64,000 bases of DNA. Origin: Glaucostegus cemiculus (Eukaryota). Numbering within the stretch: position 1 is the stretch's first letter; every line of letters starts with the position of its first letter. The notes under the pieces are model-generated. The model was not told where the DNA came from, did not search any database, and worked only from the letters and a program-made list of their open reading frames with translations. Positions 24,810 through 37,739 of this stretch are shown here, piece by piece. The DNA is taken from contig CDPCPM010000029.1 in NCBI GenBank assembly GCA_976551045.1, positions 14,136,001-14,200,000 on the forward strand, written 5' to 3'. The translations under genes were made by a program, and so were the position numbers.

Positions 24810-25050
24810 ACTTAAAATGCGCATTTCCAATGGCAAATCACTGCCTCACTAAACACCACAACATTTTCCCCCCTTCCCTACTCTGCCTTTCCTCTGTATT
24901 TTGGGAAACTCTTCGTCCCTCTTTCTCGTTGTCATCTATTCTCTGGCATTTTTTTTCTCCTTTTAGAATTCACTTTTTTTTTGGCTGCTCTGTCCCAACT
25001 CCCTCTGCTTCAAGTTTGACTCTAATCTGGTTACTCAAATCTAATTAGAC
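24810..25050 (-). promoter_or_regulatory. Candidate promoter of the minus-strand lncRNA
   Basis: 12-bp palindrome AAATGCGCATTT (24815-24826), CCAAT box, and paired PHOX2-type sites TAATCTGGTTA (25023-25033) and AAATCTAATTA (25037-25047). Confidence 0.4.
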
Positions 25051-27279
25051 CTATTTGCTTTCACTCGTATTTCAGATTATTTTATTTGAAAACACGTCTT
25101 CCTTCAAACGTTATCCGACTCCTTTCAAATCGTTTTACTCACTTTCGTGTCATTATTGTTTTTAATTCTTTCGCGGTCAGTTTTCATTTTGTAATTCTTG
25201 GGTTAATCTTTCGTATTTCGTGTATATGTCATTTACTTCCTATTTCTTCCATGTTGTTCTGTTAAGTCTTTTGGACACTTTTCTCCTATGTCATCCTTAT
25301 TCTTTACTTTCTCCGCCTTCGTGCGTAGTTTCGTGTTTTCAGAATATTCTTTCTTACACCCCGTTTATCCACTTTGCACGTTCCAACTCGCCCTTAGTTT
25401 CTGCTTACAGCCACCCACAGTATAGTTACACCAGATCAATGTCTTTCATAATCAGTTAACGTATCTCCAGATCCTCCCCACCAGACACAAAACAGAATTC
25501 TCAGAAAGTAAAGATCTTCACGTTTTATGAATCGATTTTTTTGAAAGGCCTTTCATTTTTCACACTTGTGCATTTTTCTTCTTAACTGCGTGTATAACGT
25601 ACAATAATGCAAACCTGCAGCTCGAATTACATTCATTGATACCGTGTTGCTATAGTGTGCCATTATCTGTGGCACCGTGGAAATCGTTTCAAACTTTGTA
25701 AAAGATAACCCTTTTATTCTAATTCATCATGTCCGGACATTCTTTTGTTCTTCATCTTCTTGGAGATTTAAACACATATACGATGCGATTGATTTGTTTT
25801 AAACGAAGCTCCAGAGAATGTGCAAAACATTTAACATAATATTTCTAATAAGTTCTAAAACGTTCGATTAGATCCAGTAAAACGAGAGAGAGAGAAAACA
25901 AGAAAATGACTTCAACTCTGATAATTTAAATCTCTTCCTGAAGCCTGAACTGGGCACAAAGATATCCTACAAAAGAGTGTGTATATATGATTCAAGTATA
26001 TCCATAATCAATGAAAGTGAAACCAAACTAAAACTCTTGTTTTATTTGCCTGAAAGGGACTCCATTTATCATCTCACAAGACAGCTTCAATGATCTTTAT
26101 CTGCTTTGCCCAGATTCTGACCCAAATTCAGCATTTTTATGGAAAATTGCAGTCAGTTTGATTGATGAAATCTAAAGGCGCCTAAAACGGCACCAAAGAT
26201 CCCCAGCAGTGAAACTCCAACTGAGTGCATCAATGTTCGCATTGTTCCTGCAAAAAAAGTGGAAAACGGATAAAAAGTTAGCGATTATTGTTAAAATTGC
26301 ATAATTTTAAAAGGAGATAACAAACTTAATATTCATGTTCACGTGTGCACACAGGTGCCTAACACCAACGTATATTCCAGATACATTTCCGCAAAAAATA
26401 ACATATAGGCACGGGTTTAACTGTTATATGAAATGCACTTCAATTTTTTTTAGTATAATGGTTAATCCTTAAGGGAAACGCGAAAATGCAGACTTAGTGG
26501 ATTCAGTTTTATGTTGTTGGTAATTACTGCTTCTCAAAAGGTACATAAAAGCGTTAACGCGACATCAAACGGGTAACCATAACAATTAAGTTTAATGTTT
26601 ATTTATCAAGTATAGACTGTTTCATAAATCATGATTGGCCAAGAGGTGTGCATTATTACACCATATATCAGATGCTATTGAAAGTGAGTCATTTATTGAT
26701 GCTGGATGCTCCGGGGCGCTGTGAACTCCGAGTTGGGCCTTGCTGATCTGCCTATTTGGTTAAACCAACGCAGTATCCACCAATCATACAACCGGAAAAT
26801 TCGTCTCATTGATATGCTGAATAATATATTTAAAATCCTGAATATCTCTGTTCTCTACTGAGCGAATCTTCAAACAACAAATCTGCACATTTACAGAATA
26901 ACGTAATTTTTTTTTTTGTTTTCATCGGGCAAGCTTCCTAAAAGAACTTTTTGCATATTCTAAGTACCAGAGTTACTTAGAAGACTCCTATTTAGCTTTA
27001 TTCAACTGCAAGGTGGACTACAGGAGTGGGGGAAAAAATCCGGTAGATTTAAGCTTGGAATCTAGAACAAAACAGCACTCAAAACGGTAAACCATGCAAA
27101 AAAGCTATTCCATAAACGGATAATACATAGATCAACGGGATCGTTACCGTGCACGAATTGGTTTGATATACTGCCGCAGAATATTGACACCTGCCTAATT
27201 ATTCTAATCTGTCTCCTTTTATTAATAATGGAAACGTGGCTCCCAGACATGGTGATAGAGTGAGAAGTTGATGAATGTA

Positions 27280-28130
27280 ATCCTACTTAGGATGGGGTTG
27301 GGGCGGGGTGGCGGGGGGGGGGGGGTCTGGCTGGTGGTGGAGATTGCCTCTGTCGCAGTACCAAAGGGGTTTCTATAAACCTCCCTTTAAGTTTTAACCA
27401 GTTCGGCCCTTAGACTCCTTCGGGCGGGGGAGGGGATGGTGCTGAGTAAAAAGTGTGCTGGTGTGCCAGTGTTCAGGAACAGCTGCTCCTAAATACAGAC
27501 AAGCCCTTGTCAATTAAGGCATTGACAAGCAGGTCCACACAGCCCTGGGGCGTTCAGCAGCCAGCAGTGTGCAGCCCCTACAATTAGTATCAATTTTTAC
27601 AGGGACCTCGGGGGCACAAATGCACAGCCAAGTAAGAAACAAAACAACAGGCAACGCCAAAGCTAGAAGCAGCCGGAAATTTGGATGATGTTGAGCAGAT
27701 GATTACGAGGAGACCATTTGCGAATGCCTTCTCTCCGGAGCTCATATGCAAAGTCTTTCTCTGTACATGTCCTCATTCTATCTGCCAGGCTACAAGGCTA
27801 GAGCACGCACCAAGTCCCGGAGAAGAAGAATGAAGACATTATTTATCATCTATGAGCAAAAGTTCGTCCCTTCCCGTGTCCTTTTGTGACCAGTGTCACC
27901 TCCAGCAGCTGGTGGCATGAAACGCTCCCATGGTCCTGGCCTTTGGCCTGAGAGGATTGGACAAGGGCCGTTGCTTCAAGGAGCACAAATGGGCTGCCTC
28001 AGGTCAGAGAGGCCAAGCTTCCAGCAGGACTACAAATACACCAGAAACCGAACGAAACAAAACCCAGAGGAACAAGGAGGCCCGGGGGATCATTAGCGAA
28101 GGTGTTTGTTTAACTAATTAGGAAACTGGT
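27280..28130. promoter_or_regulatory. GC-rich promoter/enhancer-like block
   Basis: G-tract at 27293-27325, TATA-like TCTATAAA (about 27372), GC box GGGCGGGGG, E-boxes, and inverted repeat CTTGTCAAT-N6-ATTGACAAG (27506-27529); not transposon-like. Confidence 0.4.
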
Positions 28131-31100
28131 ATTCGGGGGAAAGTAGCTTGTTAGACATGATACCGCTGAGGCAAGGCAAGGTTCAGAATGCAGGAGGACA
28201 GGCAACATCACAACTCTGACTAGGTGACCCTGTGAAGTTCAAGAACAGAACAAACAGCACATGCCAAAGGGAACAGCAGTCAACTGGAAGGCAACAAAGC
28301 ACATGACATTGAAAAAATGATTCAGTATTAAATATGGGAAAGTTTAGGGAGAGGGGCAAGGGGTCAAGAAAAGTCAACAAGAGAGCAGGTTTAATGAATG
28401 AAGGAATTTAATATCAAAAATACATAAATCTTCAAGTGAGGGCAGAGACATAATGAACACAAAAAAGGACGAGTGTTCAAGTCAACACTGATTTAATAAT
28501 GGCACGAAAACGGATTGCTCCATCTTGTTAACATGTGATGTAAAAACTTAACAAGGGATAAAAGCTCTGAGTAGTCTGAAGAATGACAACGGACAAAGGC
28601 CGATCCGTGAATTATGTTTTATACATGTTAGAAAATAAATACCAAAAACTACCATAACATAATACAGAACTTGCAACACACTATTTCGTAAGAATATAAA
28701 TTCTTTAGAAATGTGCAACAAATGATACAAGATCACTAACTGACGAGAACAAAGGGCAGTTTAACAAGTTATTCATGACAAGAAGCATACCTGATTGACT
28801 CAAAGCACATTAGTAATAGCGCGTTGCCAGACACTTGTATGCATATCGCAGAACACATGCGTCTTTCTGTTAACATATATCTGTGCAATACTTCTTCGCG
28901 TGTTTTAGAAGAGGTTTCTGTTTTGACAGTTTTGTTAAGAGACCTGAATTTACCATCGGCTGTAAGTGAATGGAGTTCAAGTTCCGTGAACGGGTCTAAA
29001 TTTATCTGATTTAGTCAGTTGTAACATTGTATTATTGCACAATCTGTCTGCATACACCTGCTGATGTAGGCTGAGGGTCAAGATTGGCTACGGCCTCCAT
29101 GTTTGAATAGACGAATTTTTATTTCTATCTCGGTGTTCTGTCTGGGATTTAACACAGGATATTCTGGTTTCCCGTGTAATTCTGGGTGCAATGTCTGTTA
29201 AATACAGAAAATTACAGATTAGATCATTTGGGTGGCATGTTGCACAGTGTGCTGAGGTCAGTGGCAGTCAGTCCATCCATTAGGAGACAATAATTGCCTC
29301 AGGTCTGACAGAATGTCGTGCACTTCTGGAGGCACCATCAATCTCCATCCAGTTATCCTATTGTGTACGGCCCGCTAATCCGGGTCATCAATTCAACATT
29401 TTACTTATATTTTGTCCAGATCACCAATAGCAATGCAAGTATTTGTCCACGCTGCGTCAATTCTTCCCTTTATTTTTTTCTCTGAGCATAAACCCACCAT
29501 ACTCCTAACCCTCGATTCTTTTGCTGTGCTGTATATATTTATGTCAGTTTTATTTACTCCCAATTGCTTTTGCCTTACATAATCCTTTTTATTTTAGTTT
29601 CGAGCGCTTTTCGCGTGCTTTCTCCCCTTTCAGTTCGCTTATGTTTATTGCTCCCTTTTCACTCGTTCTTCTTACTGTTTTCCAGCGTTTTTAAATGGAT
29701 TCATGCTCCTAACTTTTCATAGCACCGACTCCACACAGATGCACCTCACTCCCCCCTTTCCTCCGTCCCATTCCCAGTCTCCAGGTTCCCAACCACTCTG
29801 TCTCCTTCGTTCCCCGGCTTCATATTTCTTCATAGAAACGCAATTATTAGAGAAATCCTTCCCTTTCTGACAATTTAATAGGACAAACTAATCATCTGCA
29901 TGACATTCCCCATTCATCTACTCAGGAGCCGAAAACAAAGAATGGTTTTTCCTTAGGCTTGTCCACTTCCCAGTCTATTTTAGGACCAATTTTAGGTCAA
30001 CAACTGCATACAATACCACCCTTATGTGCCTGACTGATCGTGTTTATGAAACCAATATTTCCTATGTATTAATAGGAGTTTGTGCTCTTCTAGAACGTGA
30101 TCTAACTGCGACCAAACAAAGATGAACTGTTCACTCTTCCAACAATTTGTCAGATACACTTATGTAATGTATAGCTTATTTACAACAAATGTAGTTTTAC
30201 AGTAAAGTTCCGTGTCTGCTACACGCTCAAACTGTTTATAGTGAGATGATGGACTGTTAGTCAAACAGCTCAATTTAGCGGTGGTTTGAAGCAATTCTTG
30301 AAGCATTTTTCCGAAGGGAATCGCCAGAACAAAATTATTCCAACGGGACTTCACCTCAAGGAACTCTCCAATAACGTCAATCCTGGCAACAGTCGATTAC
30401 GGGATAATTTTTTAATATATATGCAATAAATGTTCAATTTGTTACAATGAATGACAGAAAATAATACCGGCAAATTTTAATATACATCCATTACTGACAA
30501 ATGATCTACACGCATGGTATATTTAAGTTTGATTAATTTATTTGGAGATTATTTTTGATAAAGCAATAAGTATTACGATGAGCCTGACATTTGCTCTTCA
30601 CTGGGGGTATACAGATGAATATCTCTCATTAAAGTAAGATGATGAAGTTGTTTAAATGTTATTAATAATTAATAGATTGCAATTAATTTTCCACATTGCT
30701 GTGCTAAAAAAAGGAAAACTAATCAATGTTTTATAGGAACGGGCCAAATCCCAGCATAACGCATAGAAATTGACAAGAAACGTTTCCATTCGCTACGCAT
30801 TCTGTTCTAAGATCCTTTATTATTTAATGCAAATAATTATCATCATATTTATCAAAGATGTTGGTGCTTCGAATGCACTCGAGCAATACGTAGATGCTCA
30901 AGCAACAGTCCAGGGGCTGGATGTGGGTTGGGGTGTGGAGAACTGCAAAGGAACAGGAATTGGTCTTCCAGATCGGGATGGTAATCGTGCACCTGCATTC
31001 CTCCGAAATATGGGTCACCACCCTGAGGTAGAAATCAATTGATATATGAACAGGGGAAGCCTGGAAAAAGAGAGACTACGACTGTTGAGTATGCTCTGCG

Positions 31101-31387
31101 TCAGGTATTATACGTATGCTATTATTCATGAAGCACACATAATACGAAAAGTTTTTGTTCTCTGTTACACTGAAGCCGGCATTTGTTTCTAATAATTTAA
31201 CTAAGGGGAATGAGAAGTTGTATTAGAAGGTATAAAACATTCAAACTCCACAGCTAATTCTTAACAGACAGCAGGCGTTTCCAGCTTTCGTGCTGCTGTT
31301 GTGCTGTTTCAGCGCCGGCGGGTTGGCATTAAAAGTGAAAATGAAGTTTCTTTCCACCCCCCCACCCCCCACAAGCGGTCTTGCGAA

Positions 31388-31840
31388 ATGGAGCTAACAC
31401 CAAATAATTACTCGGTAAAAGGGCTGAATCTTCCTATCTTTTTCCTAGTGGTGATGGATCACAGGTTGCTTGGAGTTTCTGCCATCTATCCACAGCCTGG
31501 ATTCCCATCTTCACCTTCCCCTTTACCCTCACCCCCCCCTCCCACCCCCGACAGACATTTAAAGTACAAGGGGGTCGAGGGATATGGGGAGAAAGCGGAA
31601 CGGTGATGTTGAGGCCAAGATTGGTTCGCCGTGATCTCAATAAATTGTAGGGGAGGCCGAGGAGCCGATTGGCCTATTGCTGCTCCTGCTTCTTGTGTTC
31701 CCTGTCGTCAACCTTCACCATGGAGCTAACACCAAACAATTACTCGGTAAAAGGGCTGAAACTTCCCATCTTTTTCCTAGTGGTGATGGACCACAAGGTG
31801 CTTGGAGTTTTTGCCATCTATCCGCAGCCTGGATTCCCAT
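31388..31840 (+). repeat. 121-bp direct duplication (31388-31508 and 31720-31840) flanking a CR1-like 3' fragment
   Basis: 8 mismatches in 121 bp, no indels; CTTCACC at both inner junctions; LINE tail at about 31545-31700. Confidence 0.9.
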
Positions 31841-32037
31841 TTTCAGATGAAGTTGCCATTTGTTTATAGATGGGGCATTTTCGTGGCACAGCTTCGTTAC
31901 ACGCGTTTATTCTTGCACCTCTACTGCGTGCTAAAATATGATATCATTCAGTTTGCTCCACTGAATTAACGTCGTGTTCTCTTTTACCCTTTCTGCTGTC
32001 CTGCGATGGCCGCCCGTTGCCCAGGTGTACGTTTAAA

Positions 32038-32170
32038 ACAAGTTCAGACAAAAGGTCATTGACCTGAAGCGCTAACATTTTTCTCTCTCCGCAGATACTG
32101 CCTGGCCTGCTGAATATTTCCAGTATTTTCTGTTTTTATTTCAGAATTCTAGCATTTGCTGTATTTGTTT
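32038..32170 (+). mobile_element. Penelope-type terminal repeat with degenerate hammerhead motif
   Basis: AGTT-CAGACAA-AAGGTCATTGACCT-GAAG-CGCT-AAC followed by the family body. Confidence 0.7.
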
Positions 32171-35100
32171 TGTCTTCACGCCTCACGGTGTCTGCAATTG
32201 GTTGATAGTAGATCACTTAAAGGCATGGTTAACACTGCAAATTGGGACTGACATACTTTAGGGCCAGGTTGCTGTCGAGTTTCAACATTAGAAAAATGGT
32301 TCCACGTTGAACTGTTCCCCTTTATCACTGAAATCCAATGACTGACGCGTTGAAGTTAGTTTATCCTTCAAAGCAGCCATTGGAAAATGAAATGTAAACG
32401 TGTGAGTAGAACTTGAATTTTAAATCTTCTTTCCCTTGCTGATTTGTGGGGGTTTTTTTGCAGTTAATGTTGAAGTCATAGATAATTAAATTCAGCAAAC
32501 AATTCGGGCCATCAGTGTGCTCCGGCATTTTGGGATCAACGCAGTCTGTGCAGCCGAAACATTATTTCTATTTCGGGTTCGTATATGGATGTAGTTCGGT
32601 AATTTGACCCAGAAAGTCAATCTAAAGGCAATTGCGGAACGCCAGGCCTGGAGAGTGAACGTGTTATATCTTCATCCAAACTGTGAAGCTCCTCCCTGCA
32701 CTGATACTAACCCAACGGAATGCTGTCACACTACCGAACACACGCAGAGACCATACAAAACCACTTTGTCCACAATGGACAGATCTCACCACCATCCACT
32801 TGGCGCTCTCTTTATCCTCTCCTAAATATCACGGTGTAATATCCTTTTGTAACAGCAATGAAGATTAAAAACTAATAAAAGATTATTATGGCCACTGTTA
32901 TGTGCGTCTTGTCTAGGCAATGTATACAGATCTAGTTGGCAAATGCCAAAAGTCGTAGGGAAAGCCCATGGCAAATTAAAATAAATAAGAAAGCGAAAGA
33001 AATCCACGTAGGGTAATAATTCGGAAATACCTTTATGTTTAGAAAGGGGACGTCGTAATTCTACAGTTGCTGTAGTGCAACGCAAAAGCAACGACTAAAA
33101 GTGAAATGATCTACTAATCTTCCTGGATTTTTTAGTTCAGTTAAATGTTTTCTGAGGCATTAATTGATTATAGTTAGAAAGGAGGAAAGGATATCAAGCC
33201 GATGCGATCCCATTAAAGTGTATAATTCGATTAACATTAAGAAGACATGTTTGTATTAAACTTTGTCTATCTTGACATTTCCAATGGGGTTGCTGCTTCT
33301 TTTTTTTACTGCCACTGTATTCAACTACAAAGGAAACGTATTCATAAGAATGTTCCCTTTCCCCCTTGTTTTCTCCTTTCTCTATTTTCTCGTTTGTATT
33401 CTCTGGTTCTCTTTCTTCGCTCTGTTTGCTTTGGTGAACTTTTCTTTACGGCTGAGAAAAGAATCGGAGCCTTTTATTTTTCGATTTCATCTGAATTCCT
33501 ATTTTTCTGTAGCTTTAATTCTTGCATTTACTTCCTTTGACTTCTCTGTCAGTCGCGTCGGGTTGCATTCTTTTGTCTCCTCCCACATATTCTATAGGAA
33601 ATTCTTCAGAAAACGCCTGGTACCCAGTGATGAATCAGCTTTAAAATGGAGCAAATGAAACGAATACTGAGGAAGCTGGTTTCCTTAGTAATTGCTCTTG
33701 TTTTGGTGAAAATGCATATATTTCGTTTATTGTTGGTGCATCATAACAGCGGGGGTTGGAAATGGTGATTATGGAAAGAGCGATCAATTTAGGTTAATAT
33801 TTGTTTATACGAAAACATCCCCCTGTTGAGTTTTTTTAAAAAAGAAACGATGGTAAATATAGAAAGATGTGTACGGGCATTTAAAGAACAAAAACATCGT
33901 TAATCTACATAAGTACTCACAGTTTCGCACTTATAAAACCTTTGCGGAAATATATTGTACATAGAATGGCGAAAGCGCTCTATTCACGATTTACATCGTA
34001 CTGAAATTTTCAATCTAATGCTCACAAATCAAGCAACAAAAACAAAGCCCAATTTCCTTAAAGATATATTCTAAGACTTGTTAGTTTGAAATTACAATAG
34101 GATAGTGGACTTAGTGAGCAAAGAAATATTTTTCTTTCAAAATTACACGTAACGTGATTGAATATCATATAATTGCAGTATTTTACCAATTACACAAATT
34201 CAAACTGATTTTTCACGGTATAAATGCACACCAGCACGTACAGAGCAATAGATTTTCGCTTTCAGTAGTTCTTATTATTTAGCTTTACCAAAGGATATTA
34301 TATTCTTTGCTATGTTTTCTCGCGTTTGACGTTTGACTTTATTGTTTTCAAGGTGATAAATAACAGCAATCTGGCGCCAGAGTAGGATTTCATTTTTTGA
34401 GCAGGAAAATAAATTGATTCTGATTTTGTAAGATTACAGAGATCCCTATACTGTAATTTTAATCAAAATATGTGGAAGAAATATTCTACAGAGTCCTTTT
34501 CGACATTGCTGTGGTTGTAGACACATAATAACTCATAAGGAAAGACTGGTTCAGGTTAGATAATAAAAAGTAATGTACTCGGAATTAAACCCCTCCCCCA
34601 TCTCACTTTAAAAGCGTCGTGCCCAACATGTACATTTCACTCTTCCAAATGATGCATTCTACTCTGCCAAGGAATGTGCATTTACTTACAAATAACTGTC
34701 CAATGTGAAATATTTCTTTTTTATCGCTAAAAAAGCTGAACATTATTTTATAGCCATCTCCTTCAAAGCAATTAGATAAGAAAATACAGATCTGCTGGAA
34801 AATTGCCAAGAGATATACATTAGAAAAGTGATTGTAATATCTTTATATATTAATAGCTGTCCTTAAAATGCATTCTCCTTTACGGGAAGCCTTTATGTTC
34901 ATATTAGTAATTAACACGGCCATTAACAAGCCGTTGTAACCTGAGCTCACACGAACAGTGCTGTATTATAGGTTTTTCCTTTAAAAAAAATCCAAGAGAA
35001 TCGTTGTTTAAAAATTAATTTCGGCTTTTGAATTGCCAGTAATCCTTTCAGTAGCTTAATAACTATATCACGCCAGAGAGGCAAAAAGGAATATCAAAGG

Positions 35101-35900
35101 TATTTAGTTACTATATTTCAATAGAAGTTCCAGTTTTTAAACACCAACACAAAATACACACATTTCCTTGCGATTTTAACGGTTTATTATATCCCCAGAA
35201 GCACTATAAACTAATGTAAACACAGTATAAGGTATTGTATTTTTCGATACAAGGCGCAAAGCAGATAATTTATATCCAGTGTTATACAAACATTCAGACA
35301 TTAAGGCCACAAACACTGCGTTAAACTAAAACAATTCGAACATTTCAGCTTTCCCTGATTTAAAAATGTTATTCAAAAACAGGGAGCATCAATTAAGCTT
35401 GAAATACCAATACTTACAGAGTGATCGGCGAACGACTATATTCAATATTATATTTTTCCCTCCATGTAGAATATGTAACATATTTCTGTTACAATCCACA
35501 CATAAACAAATGTGGGATTTTTGCATCATAGCGCACCATTTTATACATGATGAGCCATCAGTAATAGGATTATTAAACAAAAAACAGTCTCAGGCGCTGG
35601 CGTTAACCTTTTAAAATGGCTAATTAAGTTTTGAACTGAAAAATTAGATTCTACATTGCTTACCATTTTTGTTGATGGTTAAGCTGTTTCCAGTCACATT
35701 GCATATTAAAACCAAAATCTGCCCTTCGTTCTGAAGTAACATGTAACTTTACATTTTAAACATACCCAATTTTCCATTGTATTTGATTCTTTAGAACCAA
35801 GTTGGGATTATTAACCAACTCTGTGAGCTAATATTATATATGGATAAACTAATTATAGTCCAAAGCTGCCTGTGTCAATTACCTGAAATAGACAGATTCA

Positions 35901-35919
35901 CGGCGCCCTCCTGTGGACA
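35901..35919 (-). promoter_or_regulatory. CTCF-like motif (reverse orientation)
   Basis: Minus strand TGTCCACAGGAGGGCGCCG versus consensus TGGCCACCAGGGGGCGCTA; an isolated GC patch in AT-rich DNA. Confidence 0.6.
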
Positions 35920-37129
35920 CACTCCCTTTTATTGCGCTGGAGCATCATTTTATCCTTGAAATTTACAAGAAACCAGTTGACCAGGTCACGATTTTAATGC
36001 CATTTTCTTCACGTCTGCACCGTAAAATGTAGGCGTGCAATATAGGTCCTTACTTCCTTTTTTTATGTCCTTAAGTCTTGTGACACCAGAAATGCGAATG
36101 GAGCTTATTTTAGGAACAAATAATGAAATAATTTATTTTAGGATTACGACTAAATTTCATACCATTATTATTTATTTTTGTTAAGATGGCTTCTAAGCTA
36201 AAAAGCTCGATTGTTTATCTCCGCGCATATGGTTGCCTAATTCTACACAATAGCTTAATTTTATTTGATTGCTACTACGGTTAATTTAAACAATTTTAAA
36301 TTTGGTTGGGATCAGACAATATAGGTATAGTAGAAATCTAACTAATATGGGAAAATGCAGAGATCATTATTAGTTGTACCTAGAGATTTATTTCCAATGC
36401 GGTAGTGCATAAACTCCCACACGAAAGAAGTATTGAGAATACGATATTCAGTTGTATATATCATCGACATTTGGTTAGGGTTCCTAAGGTCCTTTATTTC
36501 TATGGGAGTCATGGGGTATATTTCGGCGTATTTTTTCAACCTTTTCCCCAATAAAAAGAAAACGTCAAAACCCTGGAAAATCAGTATAACTAGCTTCTAC
36601 CTGTGTGATATAACTGCCTGAGGAAAGTTTTTTTGTGTGGGGAGGGGAGACTCCCAGAGCAGTACGGTATCCATTCTGACCTGACCTCAATACTAAGCCT
36701 GCCCCACTCCTAACGGAGCGAGGAGAACATCAGCGAATTATGCTTGCATGTGTGACCTAACGGAGTGAGCAGAACTGCGGAGCCCGAGTAATGTTCGGGG
36801 CTCAATGTCTTCTCGACAGAACTAGCACGGCGGATTTCGTTCCGCTGCCCAAGAGAAAACTTATGAAAAGGAACGCTCGACCAGACGACCTCCTTCACGC
36901 CATGCTAAAACCAGTATGGGAGGCCGAACCGGCTCGACGTTTTTCATCCTTGATCTCTGAGGGCGAGTCTCGGGTGAGGTGAATTGTAGTTCACCGTCTT
37001 ATGGGGTGTCAATCACTTTCACTTGAAATGATTTTAGTAACTCCACTAAATGAATTATACTAAACTTTACTTAGATGAGGACACCATCCTCTGTTGTATG
37101 AATTGAATAAAGAGGGTACTCTAGCGATT

Positions 37130-37233
37130 TAGCAATAAAAACAGCAAATATTAGAAACACTCAGCAGGTCAGGCAGCATCTGTGGAAAGAAAAAGAGTTA
37201 ACTTTTCAGGTCCGAGACCCTTCGTCAGAATTC
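37130..37233 (-). mobile_element. Penelope-type terminal repeat with the best-preserved hammerhead core in the window
   Basis: Minus strand GAATT-CTGACGA-A-GGGTC-TCG-GACCT-GAAA-AGTT-AACTC then CCACAGATGCTGCCTGACCTGCTGAGTGTTTC. Confidence 0.8.
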
Positions 37234-37739
37234 GCGATTCAGTGTTCACAATGCCCTCCGCAAAAGAGGAGCAACTTTCCTTCAAGAATCAAATCGCGAT
37301 GATGCCCCTTCCACTTATTCATATGAATGTGAATGACCATTTCATGACCCGATGATCTAAATGTTAAAAACCTCGGAATCTGGTCATTTGGGAGAGAGAG
37401 AGATATCGTTCATGTAACAGAACAGTGGTGCTCAGCTGGAATCACTTCTGAAGGTCACACATGCAAGCAGAATTCACTGATGTTCTCTCGCAGCGGCAAC
37501 TTTCTACAGTTCCCCACTGGTAACTCTGGCCACTGCACTTGTGTCAGGTTACACGGGGCTGTTCAGGCAACTGTTAATTGAGTTGATTTAACTATGTTTT
37601 TTTTGTTTTGAGTGCATTGTCATCCTGTTCTTAACAATGCATAAAATAATGGTATGATTAACTGTTAATAGTTTGGTATCTTCTCCCCCACTGCTTGTGA
37701 AAGTCAGAAACATTTTTTACTATTGCAGGCAGTTTTTAC

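Noticed and set aside
27898-27918. CTCF-like CCAGCAGCTGGTGG
   Set aside because: Mismatches at key G positions; better read as an E-box (CAGCTG).
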